A stretch of 64,000 bases of DNA from Octopus sinensis (taxonomy: Eukaryota), in NCBI RefSeq assembly GCF_006345805.1, contig NC_043001.1:115568001-115632000 (forward strand), read 5' to 3'. Positions 10,978-24,240 of this stretch are shown here, one piece after another. The notes under the pieces were generated by a model. It ran no database searches. It was not told the DNA's origin and worked only from the letters and a program-made list of their open reading frames with translations. Every line of letters begins with the position of its first letter. Position 1 is the first letter of the stretch. A program made the translations under genes and the position numbers.

Positions 10978-13642
10978 AGACAGCTGGACGTTCTAAGGGA
11001 CAACCTGCTGAGAGCCACTGACCAGATCTGTGGCTGGTGCAAAGTCCCCTCTCGACCTAGAATAATGTGGTGGTGGAACAATATTGTAGACAGGGCTATT
11101 AGAGAAAAGAGACAGGCTTGGAAGGTCTGGAAAAATGGGGGTAGCAGGGAATTGTATCAGACTGCCAAAAGAGAAGCTAGGAGACAGGTTTATTTAGCCA
11201 GAGGGGAAGCAGATAAGAAAAAATTTGCCAATGTTCTGCGCCGTGAGGACCAAAGACTGGAGGTGTTTCGTGTTGCAAGACAGTGTGTGAGAGAGAATCG
11301 TGATGTGGTAGGAGAGAAGTGTGTTCGCATGGAAGATGGTTCACTTGCGCTAAATGAGGATGCAAAGAGAGAGGTTTGGAGATGCCACTATGAAAGGTTG
11401 CTGAATGAAGAAAATGAATGGGATAAAGAGAGTCTGCCGAATGTTGACCCAACAGAGGGACCAGCTATACGAGTTAATAGTTCCGTGGTAGCTAAGGCAA
11501 TTAGAAGCATGAAGACAGGGAAAGCCCAGGCCCATCAGGAATCACTGCAGAGATGCTCAAAATGTCTGGTAGTGTCGGCTATAGCCTAGTCACCCTATAG
11601 TTAATCAGGTGATACACAACGGGGTCATACCCAATGACTGGTGTAGCAGTATAATAGTCAACTGCTACAAAAGTAAAGGTGATGCCCTAGATACAAATAA
11701 CTACAGAGGTATCAAGCTGTTGGACCAGGTGATGAAGGTTACGGAGAGGGTCATAGCCCAACTAATTAGAGAGAGAGTTAGTTTAGATGAGATGCAGAGT
11801 TTGGGTTTGTGCCAGGGAAAAGTACTACTGATGCTATATTCCTGGTAAGGCAGCTGCAGGAGAAATACCTAGCCAAAGATTAGCCCCTGTACCTGGCTTT
11901 TGTTGACATGGAGAAAGCCTTCGACAGGGTCCCCCGATCCCTTATCTGGTGGGCAATGAGGAAACTAGGGATAGATGAATGGTTAGTGAGAGCTGTGCGG
12001 GCCATGTATAGGGACGCCGCTAGTAGGGTGAGGGTTGGAAATGAGTACAGTGAAGAATTCCGGGTAGAGGTAGGAGTCTACCAAGGCTCAGTACTCAGCC
12101 CCCTCCTATTTATCATAGTCCTCCATCCAGGCAATAACGGAGGAATTCAAGACAGGATGCCCTTGGGAGCTCCTCTATGCTGATGACCTTGCTCTAATTG
12201 CTGAGTCGCTATCAGAACTGGAGGAGAAGTTTCAGGTGTGGAAACAAGGATTAGAATCGAAGGGCCTCAGAGTCATCTAGCTAAAACCAAAGTCGTAATC
12301 AGTAGGAAGGTAGACAAATCACAAACACCTTCAGGTAGATGGCCCTGCTCGATCTGTAGAAAAGGTGTAGGTAGAAACTCTATAAGATGCACCAAGTGTA
12401 AGCTATGGACACATAAGAGATGCAGCAATGTCAAAGGAAGGCTAACTAGGAAGATGGTTTTTGTATGTGGCAGATGCTCAGGAATAATAAACACTGAAAA
12501 TGCTCTGAGACCAACTTCCGTCACTTTCCAGGGAGAAAAACTAGAAATAGTTGATAGTTTCCGTTACCTAGGTGACCAAGTCAGCAGCGGGGGTGGGTGT
12601 GCTGAAAGTGTAACTGCTAGAGTAAGAATAGCTTGGGCAAAGTTCAGAGAGCTCTTACCTCTGCTGGTGACAAAAGGCCTCTCGCACAGAGTGAAAGGCA
12701 GACTGTATGATGCGTGTGTACGAACAGCCATGCTACATGGCAGTGAAACATGGGCCGTGACTGCTGAGGATATGCGTAAGCTCGCTAGAAATGAAGCCAG
12801 TATGCTCCGATGGATGTGTAATGCCGGTACTCACACTCGGCAGAGTGTAAGTACCTTGCGAGAAAAGCTGGACCTAAGAAGCATCAGTTGTGGTGTGCAG
12901 AGAGACGTTTGCGCTGGTATGGTCATGTGGCGAGAATGGATGAAGATAGTTGTGTGAAAAAGTGCCACACCCTAGCGGTTGAGGGAACCTGTGGAAGAGG
13001 CAGACCCAGGAAAACCTGGGACGAGGTGGTGAAGCACGACCTTCGAACTTTAGGTCTCACTGAGGAAATGACTAGAGACCGAGACCTCTGGAAGTGTGCT
13101 GTGCGTGAGAAGACCCGCAGGACAAGTGAGTCCATAACCCGTGGCCTTCTACATGGGATGGAGCCAGCCTACGTATGCATACCTTCCCTTCTTGGGACAC
13201 AAAACTCTACTTGTGAAGACGTGTTGAGGCAAGTGAGGATCAGAATCGAAATCGATCAATGGAAATCGATCAATGGAAATTGCAGATGTGTTACCAGTGC
13301 CGGTGGCATGTAAGAGAACTTTCCGTTTCGCGACCGTTACCAGCACCGCCCCGTTTCGTGTCCATTGCCAGCCTTGCCTGGCCCTCGTGCCGGTGGCACA
13401 TAAAAAGCACCATCCGTTCGTGGCCGTTTGCCAGCTCTGTCTGGCACCTGTGCAGGTGGCACGTAAAAAGCACCCACTACACTCACGGAGTGGTTGGCGT
13501 TAGGAAGGGCATCCAGCCGTAGAAACACTGCCAGATTTGACTGGGCCTGATGAAGCCTTCTGGCTTCACAGACCCCAGTAGAACCGTCCAACCCATGCTA
13601 GCATGGAAAACGGACGCTAAACGATGATGATGATGATGATGA
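10978..13642 (+). mobile_element. 5'-truncated RTE-clade LINE (RT + PHD-type finger + 3' UTR + (GAT)n tail)
   Basis: ORF pieces with NYRGIKLL, MEKAFDRV, GVYQGSVLSP, LLYADD, YLGD, GRGRPRKTW; few stops/frameshifts; tail at 13623-13642. Confidence 0.95.
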
Positions 13643-14759
13643 TACATATGGTGTTAGTTTCCTTTTTGGCAAAAAATATTTATTTTTCTAAGATCTTCCT
13701 AAAACTTTTAGTAACAGAGTTTTCATTTAAATTCTATATCATATTATATTTGTTAGCTTTAGAAAGAAGAGAAATGTTTGTATCCTGTTTAGAACTTCAT
13801 GAAAACCACTTTGTAACATAAAGGTAATGGTTTCTAGGAGACCTAGTTTTATATTTCTTCAGATGTCTTGAGATCAAAGTTAAAGTAGGAGGTGATGAAT
13901 CATCATAATCTTAGAAATATTGGCTGTGAAATCAATAGGCTGTTTCTGAGTAGAATTGTAGAGATTGTCTTTATTAGAGATGATGCAGATAATTGCATAT
14001 TTCTTCATTTTTGATTAAGTGATCTTTGAGCACAAATTTCAAACTTTGTAAAGGATTAGTCACTTGGAAATAATAATCTCAAGGTGATATCTGAGACAAT
14101 ATCACATAGTGATAATCCCATTCTAAGTTACCCAAATCTCAAAATTTCTGAATTGATATCTTGTACAGATTATATCAATTTGAATCCTTTGAAAAACCTT
14201 CCTCTTTATTTTACACAGTAGTGTCTTGTCTTTGGCCACATCTATAAAAATAATCAGGAGACCAAGTTATCCACTTCTATACATCACTTGAAGTTGCTCA
14301 CTTGACTTGTAGTTTTAAATTAGAAGCTATAATAGTGACATCTTAGATAATGAATAGAGTTGAAAAAAAGGAACTGATTGAATGTTTTGTTGTGTGTAGA
14401 AGGTTGAACTGGATTCACTGTGGATAGCAAATACAACATATGTTCATGGTACTGGGTTTGTTAAAAAGTGATGGAAAAGAATTTTTGACAAAGTTGCTGG
14501 ATGTCTAATTAGCAAGTGTCTGTTTAATTGCAATCAAGGAGCTAAAAACTTATATGCAGACATTGATTTCTTTTTGGGCAGTAAAGCAGCTCTGTGGGTG
14601 TTTCAGCCCTTTCCATCATGGCACTAGAACTGTCCAGGGCCACCTACTGGTGTAAACAACAACATAAGCATGCAACAGCCCAAGCTTTGGTGATCAGATG
14701 TTGCAACTCTGGATCAGTTATTTCTACCATCCTCATTGCTAATTCTTGCTTCGTCACTC

Positions 14760-15090
14760 ATGCTCTCTCCTCAGGAAGATATAATAAGTTGCTTTCTTGA
14801 CAACTTCTGGCAATTTTCTTGTAACATCTTTTGTGTCATTTGCACCTAGTCCAAAACTCCCGAGCATCAAGTGAACCCTGATTCCAACAAATCCTCTGAC
14901 ACTTGTCTCTACAGGAAGGTATATTACCTCTCTTCCATTGTTTTCCCAAAGTTTAAACACCTTATCATATTTTCTTTCCTGAGGAGAGCATCTTCGATGT
15001 TTCCTTCTTAGGGAACTGTCAGCTTTACCACCTTTTTTTCTTAGCACCGTATGACAAGCTCAGGTCTCTTGATGGTAAAAAGTGACAAGT
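14760..15090 (-). mobile_element. Fragment of RLE-type non-LTR retrotransposon C-terminus (HERO-like)
   Basis: Minus strand RPELVI..KVVKLTVP..ERKY..LPVETSVRGFVG..KLPEVVKKAT..IFLRR resembles the PD..ELTVPWE..ERK.KY..PVEVG.RGF restriction-like endonuclease end. Confidence 0.65.
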
Positions 15091-15577
15091 GATATTTACC
15101 ATCAGAATCAACAGAAAACTCCTACTTCCCCATTTTCGATCATTCTTCTTCCTTACAGTGGCTGGCTTGCAACCTTTATCTTCCCATGCCCCACTACTTG
15201 TGGCCTTTTGCCATTGCTAATTCACATTACCCTCTCCTATACTGCACCAATCAGTACTCTAAATGCTTGGTTATACTGCCATATGCATCATAGTCTGAGT
15301 TCAAATTCCGCCAAGGCCTGCTTTGCCTTTCATTCTTTTGGAATTGATAAAATAAGTACCTGTTAAGCACTGGGGTTGATATAATTGACTAGCCCCTTCC
15401 TCAAAATTCCAGGCTTTTTTGCCTATAGTAGAAAGCATTATTTCATCATATTTATACCAAAAACTTACAATAATCTTCAATTGATAATTTAGAATATTTA
15501 TTGTTAGTTTCAGAAAATATTTAATTTCTAGTACACGTGTATTTTCTCTTTTATTATTTTCTTATTTTTTCCACCAG

Positions 15578-15886
15578 TGAGACCTATGTTCAGTTCAGGA
15601 TCAAATTGTCCAAAAAAGAGAAATGTTTCCAATGGAGAAACTGTAATTTTGAAACAGTGTTTTTATTCGCATCCAAAATCTGATGTAAAATGGCAGAAAA
15701 ATGAGGAATCAATTGACTCAAACAAATATTTAATAACTGATTATTTACAAGATGAGTTTCCTTTCAAAGGAAGCTGTACTAGTTTGAAGATAGAAGACAC
15801 CAAAGATGATGTTATAGATACTTATACCTTAACAGTGGAAAACTCCGAAGGAAAAGAAACTGTTGTTTTTATTTTGAGATATAAGA
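15578..15886 (+). CDS. Membrane-proximal Ig (I-set-like) domain exon
   Basis: Acceptor cttattttttccaccag|TG, donor AAGA|gtaagt. (V)RPMFSSGSNCPKKRNVSNGETVILKQCFYSHPKSDVKWQKNEESI...DTYTLTVENSEGKETVVFILRYK. Matches ORF track 15577-15918. Confidence 0.92.
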
Positions 15887-16114
15887 GTAAGTTGTTACAT
15901 GCTTCTTTAATCATTTAGAATGTTATTTTATGTTATACAGAATTGTTTGTAATTTATTAATATATTCATAAAGTACTTAAAGTTCTACTTTCAGTTTAAG
16001 TGTTATAGTCAGCTCTGGGTTTTAATGTCAGAGTGTCTAGTTTAGCTTTGTTTCTTGCTCAGTATTACATTTGTAAGTACAAATAATTTTCCTTTCAGAA
16101 ATCATCATTATCAC

Positions 16115-17105
16115 CATCATCATCATCATTTAACATCTGCTTTCCATGTTGGCATGGGTTGGACATTTTGACTAGAGGTCACTAAGCGGAAGACTGCACC
16201 ATGCTATGCTTTCTGTTTTGACATGATTTTGAATGGACTGAATGCTTATGTGACACCAGCACAACTGAGATCAGTTTTGGCATGTTTTTTTTTAACAGTT
16301 GGATGCTCTTCCAAACGCCAACCACTATACAGTGTGGAATGGATGCTTTTTATGTGGCACCAACACTAACAGAGTCACCAAATAACTTGTAAGATAAAGA
16401 TCCTTTGAGAGACGATGTGGCATTGGAGGTGATCTTGTGCCAGATGATGAAAGGTTAGTGTATGACAGAGAAACAAATAGATGTGTTGCTGCAGAGGAGA
16501 TACATGATTACCCAGTCAGAAGGAGAGAGAAGGAGTGATCGCGATTGAGGCCAGTAATGGGTGTGTTGCTGTAGAAGTGATACATAGTTAACCAGTCTAA
16601 GGAATAGAGAAAGGGAGTGAAAGAGAGCAAAAGAAAGAGGGAGATTGTCAGAGAGCAGGAGAAAGAGGGAGAGTGCAAGAGAGCAGGAGAAAGAGAAAGA
16701 GAGTGCAAGAGAGCAGGAGAGAGATGGTGGTAAAGCACCAGAGCATGCTCACAAGGAATGGGGATCAGAATATAAATGGGATGGTAGAGAAGAGCCAGGA
16801 GGAGATAAGTGGTAGCAAAGTGGAAGAGTATGCTCTAAAGACATGGGGTCAGAATATAAAAGGGTGGGAGTTGCCAAGGTACATGTATAGAGAGTGAATG
16901 CAAGGTGTGTGGGGGTGGGGTATGCAGTGACTGTTAAAACCTGGGCATATAGAGTGGGTAGGGGACAACAGGATAGTAATGATACTGTGAGCAGTGCAGT
17001 GTGGACAGGACTGGGGAGCAAGAGATAAGCATAGTGCATTAAAAGGGGAAATGTGAGTAAGAGGAGAGATGTAGTTTGGTTTGTTGGAGTAGGGTGTGAA
17101 GATGG
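16115..17105 (-). mobile_element. Non-autonomous RTE-tailed element (same family as 925-2560)
   Basis: (CAT)n tail, RTE 3'-end, shared purine-rich body (gaggagatacatgattacccagtcag...aatataaatgggatggtaga...ggacaacaggat). Confidence 0.6.
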
Positions 17106-19639
17106 CAAAACTTATATTGGGAAACTACTCCCTCAGTTTTAGTGAAGTTTTCAGGTTGATTAACTATTTTTAGTGTGTTTATTTAAATATTTTCTATGTA
17201 GTTTAAGTGGAGTTTTTTAAATGTAGTAAGGCATTTTTGCTGAAATAGGGAAACAGTGAATGAATGCATACAAATACTGAAATATTACCTTTTTTGGCCA
17301 AATTGGTTTCTCTTAAGTTATTTTGGATTCCTATAAATGTTTGGATTTTATAATCTCTCAGTTGGACACTTGGCACTAGGAAGGAGATCCAGTTGTAAAA
17401 ACCATGCGAAAACAGACAATAAAGCTTGATGTGGCTCCCAGACTTACCAGCTCCTGTCAAACAGTTCACCATGCCAGTATAGATAACAGATGTGAAATGA
17501 CAGCAGCAATGTTCTTTTTTTTTTTTTGTCATAGAACAGAATATTTGGAATTAATGCAGTTATTGCAAGTTAAATGATGTCAAGTTACTACAAAGCAGCA
17601 CTAAGTAGAAAAATTCAGAACCTGTCTGAGACAGGATAACATTGGCCTCACCAAGTTAGAAACAGTTCCATGCATGTAGATTGCTTGAAGATGATGGTTC
17701 ATCTGTGGTTTTCATTAATCAATGACCAATGGCCTAAAAAAGAGTTGGGGGAACTGTTCAGTATGAAAAGTAAATTGAAAGGTGTATAAGAATTTCTGAG
17801 GTACATTTTTACTGAGAAAATTAATGAATCTTTCAAATTCATAGGTATGCTATGTATATAACATTACTATTTAAATTTTTTCATATGGATCTTTATAGAT
17901 TTTCTCATTGAGTAATTTCAAATTTAAAATCAGGTGATGAGCTCCTCACTCCTAGTGTAGACCATATTTATAAAGTATTCTGGGATAGTTACAAACAATT
18001 TATATCACTATATGAAATGGCAGGAATTTAATTTATTATCCAATTTAACAAACTGCAAATGCTATATTGACCATAGTCTCCTTATTTTTTTCCTGATTTA
18101 TAGCTTTTGACAGATTCTGCAATAAGAACTTTTCTTATGAACAATAGTTCTGAAATCGTATGTTAAAATTCAAGAATTATAATGCTTAGATGAGGCTGAT
18201 TAGGGGACCTTAGCCAGCAGTTACATGTGCACACAATTCCAGCATGCACTTTCCCCAGAAAAGATTGCCACATCATTGTGTGGGTTTGAAATCATTAGTG
18301 TAACCCGACGGACATATTGTTTTTACTGTGCTGTCACTGTGTAAAATGCTGAACTATTCAACACTACATTACATAACTACAGTTATGTCTGTGCAATCAC
18401 AGAGAAGAATGATTAGAAAAGAATCATCCAAACATCATAATGCATAGTAATGTCTGAAACATTTCTAATGCATTATCAGAATGAACACATCCTTATTACA
18501 TGGATATAAATTGCCCTCATCATCATTTTGATGTCTGTCTTTGATGTTGGCATGGGTTGGATGGTTTCATAAAAGCTGGCAAGCCAGAGAGCTGCACCAG
18601 GCCCAATTGTTTGATTTGCCATGGTTTCTATGGCTGATTGCTCTTCCTAATGCCTGCCACCTTACAGAGTGTACTGGGTGCTTTTAATGCAACACCAGCA
18701 CTGATGACTTTTTTTATATGGCACCAACTGGCACTCCATTGGTAATGGTGATGAGTGTTCCAGTTGATTGGGTCATTGGAACAGCCTGCTCATGAAATTA
18801 CCATACAAGTGACTAAGCACTCCACAGAGAGATTCAGTGTGACAATGAATGTGGCAAGGCTGGCCCTTTGAATTACAGGTACAATTAATTTTTGTCAACC
18901 CAGTGATTGGAGCAACATGATATTGAAGCATCTTGCTCAAGGATGCAATGTACTGTTGGGAGTCAAACTAACAGTTTTATTATCATGAGCCAAATACACT
19001 AACCACTAAGCCATGCACCTTCACATGTGGCACCAGCACCAGTGGGGTTGCCAAATAACTTGTAAGACCTCTCAGTTGGGAGAGGAAGTGGAACTGAGGG
19101 AAGTAGCTTAGTGCCAAGTGAGAGATTAGAATATGATAGGGGAATAGAGATAAATGTCATACTACGGAAGAGATACTTGGCTACTCCAGAAGGAAAAAAA
19201 GAAGAGAGAGAAAGTTAAAAGAAAGATAGAGACATTCAAAGCAAGAGAAAGAGAGAGAGAGAAATAGATGGTGTTGAAGTTGCATCGGAATCTGGTGGGG
19301 AGTAGTAGTAGTCCGAAGAGAATAGAAAGTGGATGTTCTACAAAAGTGTGAGGGGAAATGTTTAGAGATGAGGATGAGGTGACTTTAGGAGGTAATGGTG
19401 AGAGAAATTTAAACTGGAATGGTTGGGAGGTAGTGTGATTGATATGTGAGGGCATGTAGTGTGTGCAGTTAGGTATTTGAGATAGAGTGGATGTGACTAC
19501 AGCAAATGGGGATTATGGTTGTTGGAATGAAGGGGAGGTATTTGGAAGATGGGTAGTGGGGGAATTTTGACAAAGGACAGATTACATTGGTGAGTGTGAG
19601 AGGAAGGCACGGCCATAAAGGACATGCCTGTATGTATGG

Positions 19640-20810
19640 ACGGCCACAATTTTACTTAGTTTGACATATCTTCTCAAGCACAACAAATCACCAGAAGTCT
19701 CGGTCCTTTGTCATCTCCTGTGTGAGGCTCAACATCTGAAGATCATTTCTCACCACTTTGTCTCGTATCTTCCTCAGTTTACCTCATTTAAAAGTTTACA
19801 GATCAGCACTTCTTTATGCAGCTATCCTCAGCCTTATGCATCACATGACAGTACTAGCACAGTCTTCTCTCTTGCACACTGCATCTGATGCCACTTATAC
19901 CCAATTTTTTTCTCAAAATTCTTACACTCTATTGTACATGCACACTGACATTGCACATTTCTTTCAAGCCTTCAATTACCCTCTGCAGTCATAGCCCATG
20001 TTTCACTGTCACTATCCATACATAGGCATCATCCGTTCTACCTTTCACTCTGAGAGAGAGGCCTTTTGTTACCTGCAACATTGCCCAGCACATTCTTATT
20101 CTAGCAACTACATTTTCAGAGCATTCTCCTCCACTGTTAACTTGGTCATCAAGGTAATGGAAGCTATCTACACTTGTAAAGAACTGCCCACCTACTTCAT
20201 ACATTCTTAGTTTTTATTGTACCTGCTTACCTGTGACACACAAAGACTAGTTTTTCTGTTAAACTTCCTATGATACTGCAGTATTTCTTGTGTGCTACAC
20301 TGAGTACAATTTATGGAATTTCTACCTCTACCTTTTCTGCATATCAAGAACAGCTGTCTCCCTGAAGAGATTAATAACTTGTCTGCTTTCCTACTTACTA
20401 GGACTTTGGTCTTTGCTTAATTAATTCTGAGGCCCTTTTATTCCAGACCTTGTCTCCACACCTGAAATTTCTTTTACAATTCTAGTAGAGATTCAGCTAT
20501 AAGAACAAACTCATCAGCATAGAGGAGCTCCCAAAGGCAATCAGTCTTAAATTCTTCTGTTATGGCCTGGAGGACTATGATAAAGAAGAGGAAGCTAAGA
20601 ACTGATCCTTGATGAATACCTAACTGTACACAAAATCCATTACTCTTCTCATTGCCAACTTTCACCTTACTGACAGCGTCCCTGTACATGGCTTGTATGG
20701 CTCTCACCAAGCACTCATCTATCACTAGCTTCTACATTGGCTACCAGATTAAGGAGCAGGGGATCTTGTCAAAGGCTTTCTCCATTTCTAGTGACTCTAT
20801 AACAACTTTG
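19640..20810 (-). mobile_element. Degenerate RTE LINE fragment
   Basis: Minus ORFs: VDSFHYLDDQVNSGGECSENVVARIR; GIHQGSVLS...LLYADEF. Confidence 0.85.
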
Positions 20811-21084
20811 GTTGCAATTGAATACAAAAAATTCAAAAATTTGCAGCTTTATTTAAAAGGCATATTGCATGGTATTTTTGTGTGGATTTGAACGTTGCAT
20901 GGAAACATGATATGAGCGCTGGTAGGCATTAGATTAATACCTTTTGTTGGATGTGCAATACTAATGTGAGCTGAGAAATCTATTGCTTTTAGTGGATTAT
21001 AATGGAAAGACATTTTTGTTGAATTAAATGTGTGGTGAAAAGGAAAACAGAAGTGTAATAAAATGAAACACTATAAAAATTGAT

Positions 21085-23310
21085 AGAACCCTGGTAGATA
21101 AAGCAATTAAGGATATGAAAACAGAAGCACCTGTCTCATAAGTAATCACTGCTGAGATGCTTAAAATATCAGGTGGTGTGGATTATGGTCTTGTCATCCA
21201 CATCGTAAATCAGGTAGTTTCAGATTATTGGATCAGGTGATGAAAGTTACGGAGAGGGTCACAGCCCAACTAATTATGGAAAGAGTTAGCCTAGATAAGA
21301 TGCAGTTTGGTTTTGTGCCAAGCAGAAGCACCACTGATGCTATATTTTTGGTAAGGTAACTGCAGGAGAAATATCTGGCCAAATATAAACCTCTGTACTT
21401 GGCTTTTGTTGACTTGGAGAAAGCTTATCTGATGGCCAATGTGAAAACTGAGGATGGACAAGTGGTTGATAAGAGCTGTACAGAGATACAGTCAGTAAGA
21501 TGACAGTTGGCAACGAGTATAGTGGATAATTCCAGGTAGAAGTATAGGTTCACCAGGGATCAGTCCTCAGTCCCCTCTTATTCATTATAGTCCTCCAGGC
21601 AATAACAGAGGAAGCCCCTCTATGCTGATGACCATGTTCTAATAGCCAAGTCACTGCCAGAACCAGAGAGAGAGTTTAGGGTGTAGAAGCAAGGTCTAGA
21701 ATTGAAGAGCCTTAGGGTTAACATAGCAAAAACCAAAGTTTTAGTAAGTAGGGAGGATGAAAATCACAAACACCTTCAGGTAGATGGCCCTGCTCAATCT
21801 TTAGAAAAGGCATAGGTAGAAACTCCATATGATGTCCCGGTGTAATCAATGGACACATAAAAGGTGCAGCAATATCAAAGGAAGGTTAACTGGGAAGAAT
21901 TAAACACTGAAGATGTACAGAAATCATATTCCATCACATGCAAGGAGGGAATACTAGAAGTAGTTGATATCTTCCACTAACTAGGCAACCAATTCTGTAG
22001 TGGGGTGGTTGCTCTGATATTGTCATGGCTAGAATAAGAATAGCGTGGGCAAAGTTCAGAGAGCTCCTATTTTTGCTGGCAACTAAGGGCCTTTCACTCA
22101 GGGTGAAAGGTAGACTGTATGATGCACATGTGCGAACTGCCATGCTATACAGCAGTGAAACATGGGCTATGAATGTAGAGGACATGTGTAGGCTTGAATG
22201 AAATTAAGCTAGTATGGTCCACTGGATGTGTAATGCTAGTGTGCATACATGACAGCGTGTAAGTGTCCCGAGAGAAAAGTTGGACATAAGATGCATCAAA
22301 TGTGGTGTGCAAGAGAGACGACACCGCTGATATGGTCATGTGATACATAAGGATGAGCACAGTTGTGAGGAAGTGTTACATAAGGATGAGCACAGTTGTA
22401 TGAGGAAGTGCCTGCCACACCCTAACTGTGGAAAGAACCTGTGATAGAGGTAGACCCAGGAAGACATATGATGAGGTGGTGAAGCATGACCTTTGAACAC
22501 TGGGCCTCATAGTGGCAATGACAGGAGACTGAGACCTTTGGAGATATGCTGTGATTGAGAAAACCTGGCAACTGAAGTGAGATCACTACCATGGCCGATG
22601 CCGGTGTTGCATGTCCAGTCCATTTAAGAGTACCCTTGATGCGTTGGGTGATATGCTATGCTTGAGAAGTCCTGTTGAGTCAAGTAAAACCAAAATTGTA
22701 GCTGTGGCCTGTGCCTCCTGGCTGGCTCCTGTTCTCGTGGCACATAAAATGCACCATCTGAACATGGTCTACGCCAGTGTCCCCTGACTAGCTCTTATGC
22801 TGGTGACATGTAAAAAACACCATCTGAATGTTGTCGATGCCAGGTTCGTCTGACTGGCTCCCATACCAGCGGAACGTAAAAAGCACCATCCAAACGAGAT
22901 CGATGCTAGTACCCCCTGACTGGCTCCCATGCCAGTGGCACATAGAAAGCAGTATCCAAATGTGATTGAGGCCAGGATCGCATGACTGGCTCCTATGCTG
23001 GTGGCACGTAAAAATCACCATCCAAATGTGGCCGATGCCAGAAACCCCTGACTGGCTCCTGTGCTGGTGGCACGTAAAAAGTACTATCTGAACATGATCA
23101 ATGCCAGGCCCACCTAACTGGCACCTGTGCTGATGGCCCCCACTACACTCTCGGAGAGGTTAGCATTAGGAAGGGCATCCTGCTGTAGAAACAATGGCAG
23201 ATCAGATTGGAGCCTGGTGCAGCTACTGACTCTCCAGACCTCACTCAAACCATCCCACCCATGCCAGAATGGAAAATGGATGTTAAACGATAATGATGAT
23301 AATGATGATG
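21085..23310 (+). mobile_element. Degenerate RTE LINE 3' part with ~66-bp tandem repeat in 3' UTR
   Basis: Homologous to 11480-13640 (aagttacggagagggtc, gatggccctgctc, gggcaaagttcagagagc); (GAT)n tail; six ~66-bp units at 22737-23132. Confidence 0.88.
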
Positions 23311-23419
23311 AGTTGTGTACCCCAATAAAATGAGACACATGAGTAATGAAAAATTCTTCATTATACTTACTATATATATTGATGTAATAATTCATGGTCT
23401 TTTTAATATATCTTTTCAG

Positions 23420-23521
23420 AAAAGCAAGAAATACCTATGGAAATAATTATTGGTTGCACTGTCGGAATTGTATTATTATTAATAATAATGGGTCTTACTT
23501 ATATATTCTACAAAAGAGGAG
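23420..23521 (+). CDS. Transmembrane exon
   Basis: Acceptor atcttttcag|AA. (K)KQEIPMEIIIGCTVGIVLLLIIMGLTYIFYKRG is a ~23 aa hydrophobic stretch followed by a basic KR stop-transfer. Phase-1 donor GGAG|gtttgt (alternative TT|gtatgt 4 nt downstream is phase 2). Confidence 0.9.
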
Positions 23522-23949
23522 GTTTGTATGTTTTTCATATTATAAAGCTTTATTTATCACAACAATGTGTGTATGTGTGTGTGTGTGTGTGTGCACGTGT
23601 ATACATGTGTGTATATATATATATATTTAGAGGGAAAGTAAGAAGAAAAATAAGCAAAAATGCACATTAGAAATCAAAAAAAGTAAAGGCTTTTTATGGA
23701 AAGTAACGATAGATATATACAATCAGATGAACTGAGGTAGGAATAAAAGTAATAAAAGCCATTATTGTGAATTGTTAAAGAGATTCAAAAGCATATGGGT
23801 TTTGTGAATTTACTAATCATTGCTTTGAATGCAAATCAATTAATGAACGGTGTCAGGTCTATTAGTCACTGAGTAAAACGGTTATGTGTATGGGAGGTAA
23901 GTAGTTCTAGATTTGGTGCAATTAGGGTAGATATAGAGCTGAAATGTAA

Positions 23950-24240
23950 ATGGTGTATGGGATGTATGGGGGTTAGTGGTATTAATTGAAAGGTTAGTAG
24001 TGTTCTGTATTACGTTAGCTGTTCATATTGAGGTGTGGAAGATATTTATTGATGAAAGTTGCCTCTTCATGCATTCTTTGTTGTACTGAGGTGTTCTGTG
24101 AACATTGAGGGAAGGGGAAAATTAGGAAATTGGGATTAAGATTCCTAGCACACCTTTCTATATGTTCACCAACCTGTATCTGTGTGTATTGTGGGTGGCG
24201 GATAATGAATAAGGAGAATTTTACTCCATATATGGTATGT
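23950..24240 (-). mobile_element. Penelope-like element GIY-YIG C-terminal fragment
   Basis: Minus frame HIERCARNLNPNFLIFPFPQC...RMHEEATFINKYLPHLN resembles the PLE endonuclease C-terminus. Confidence 0.5.
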
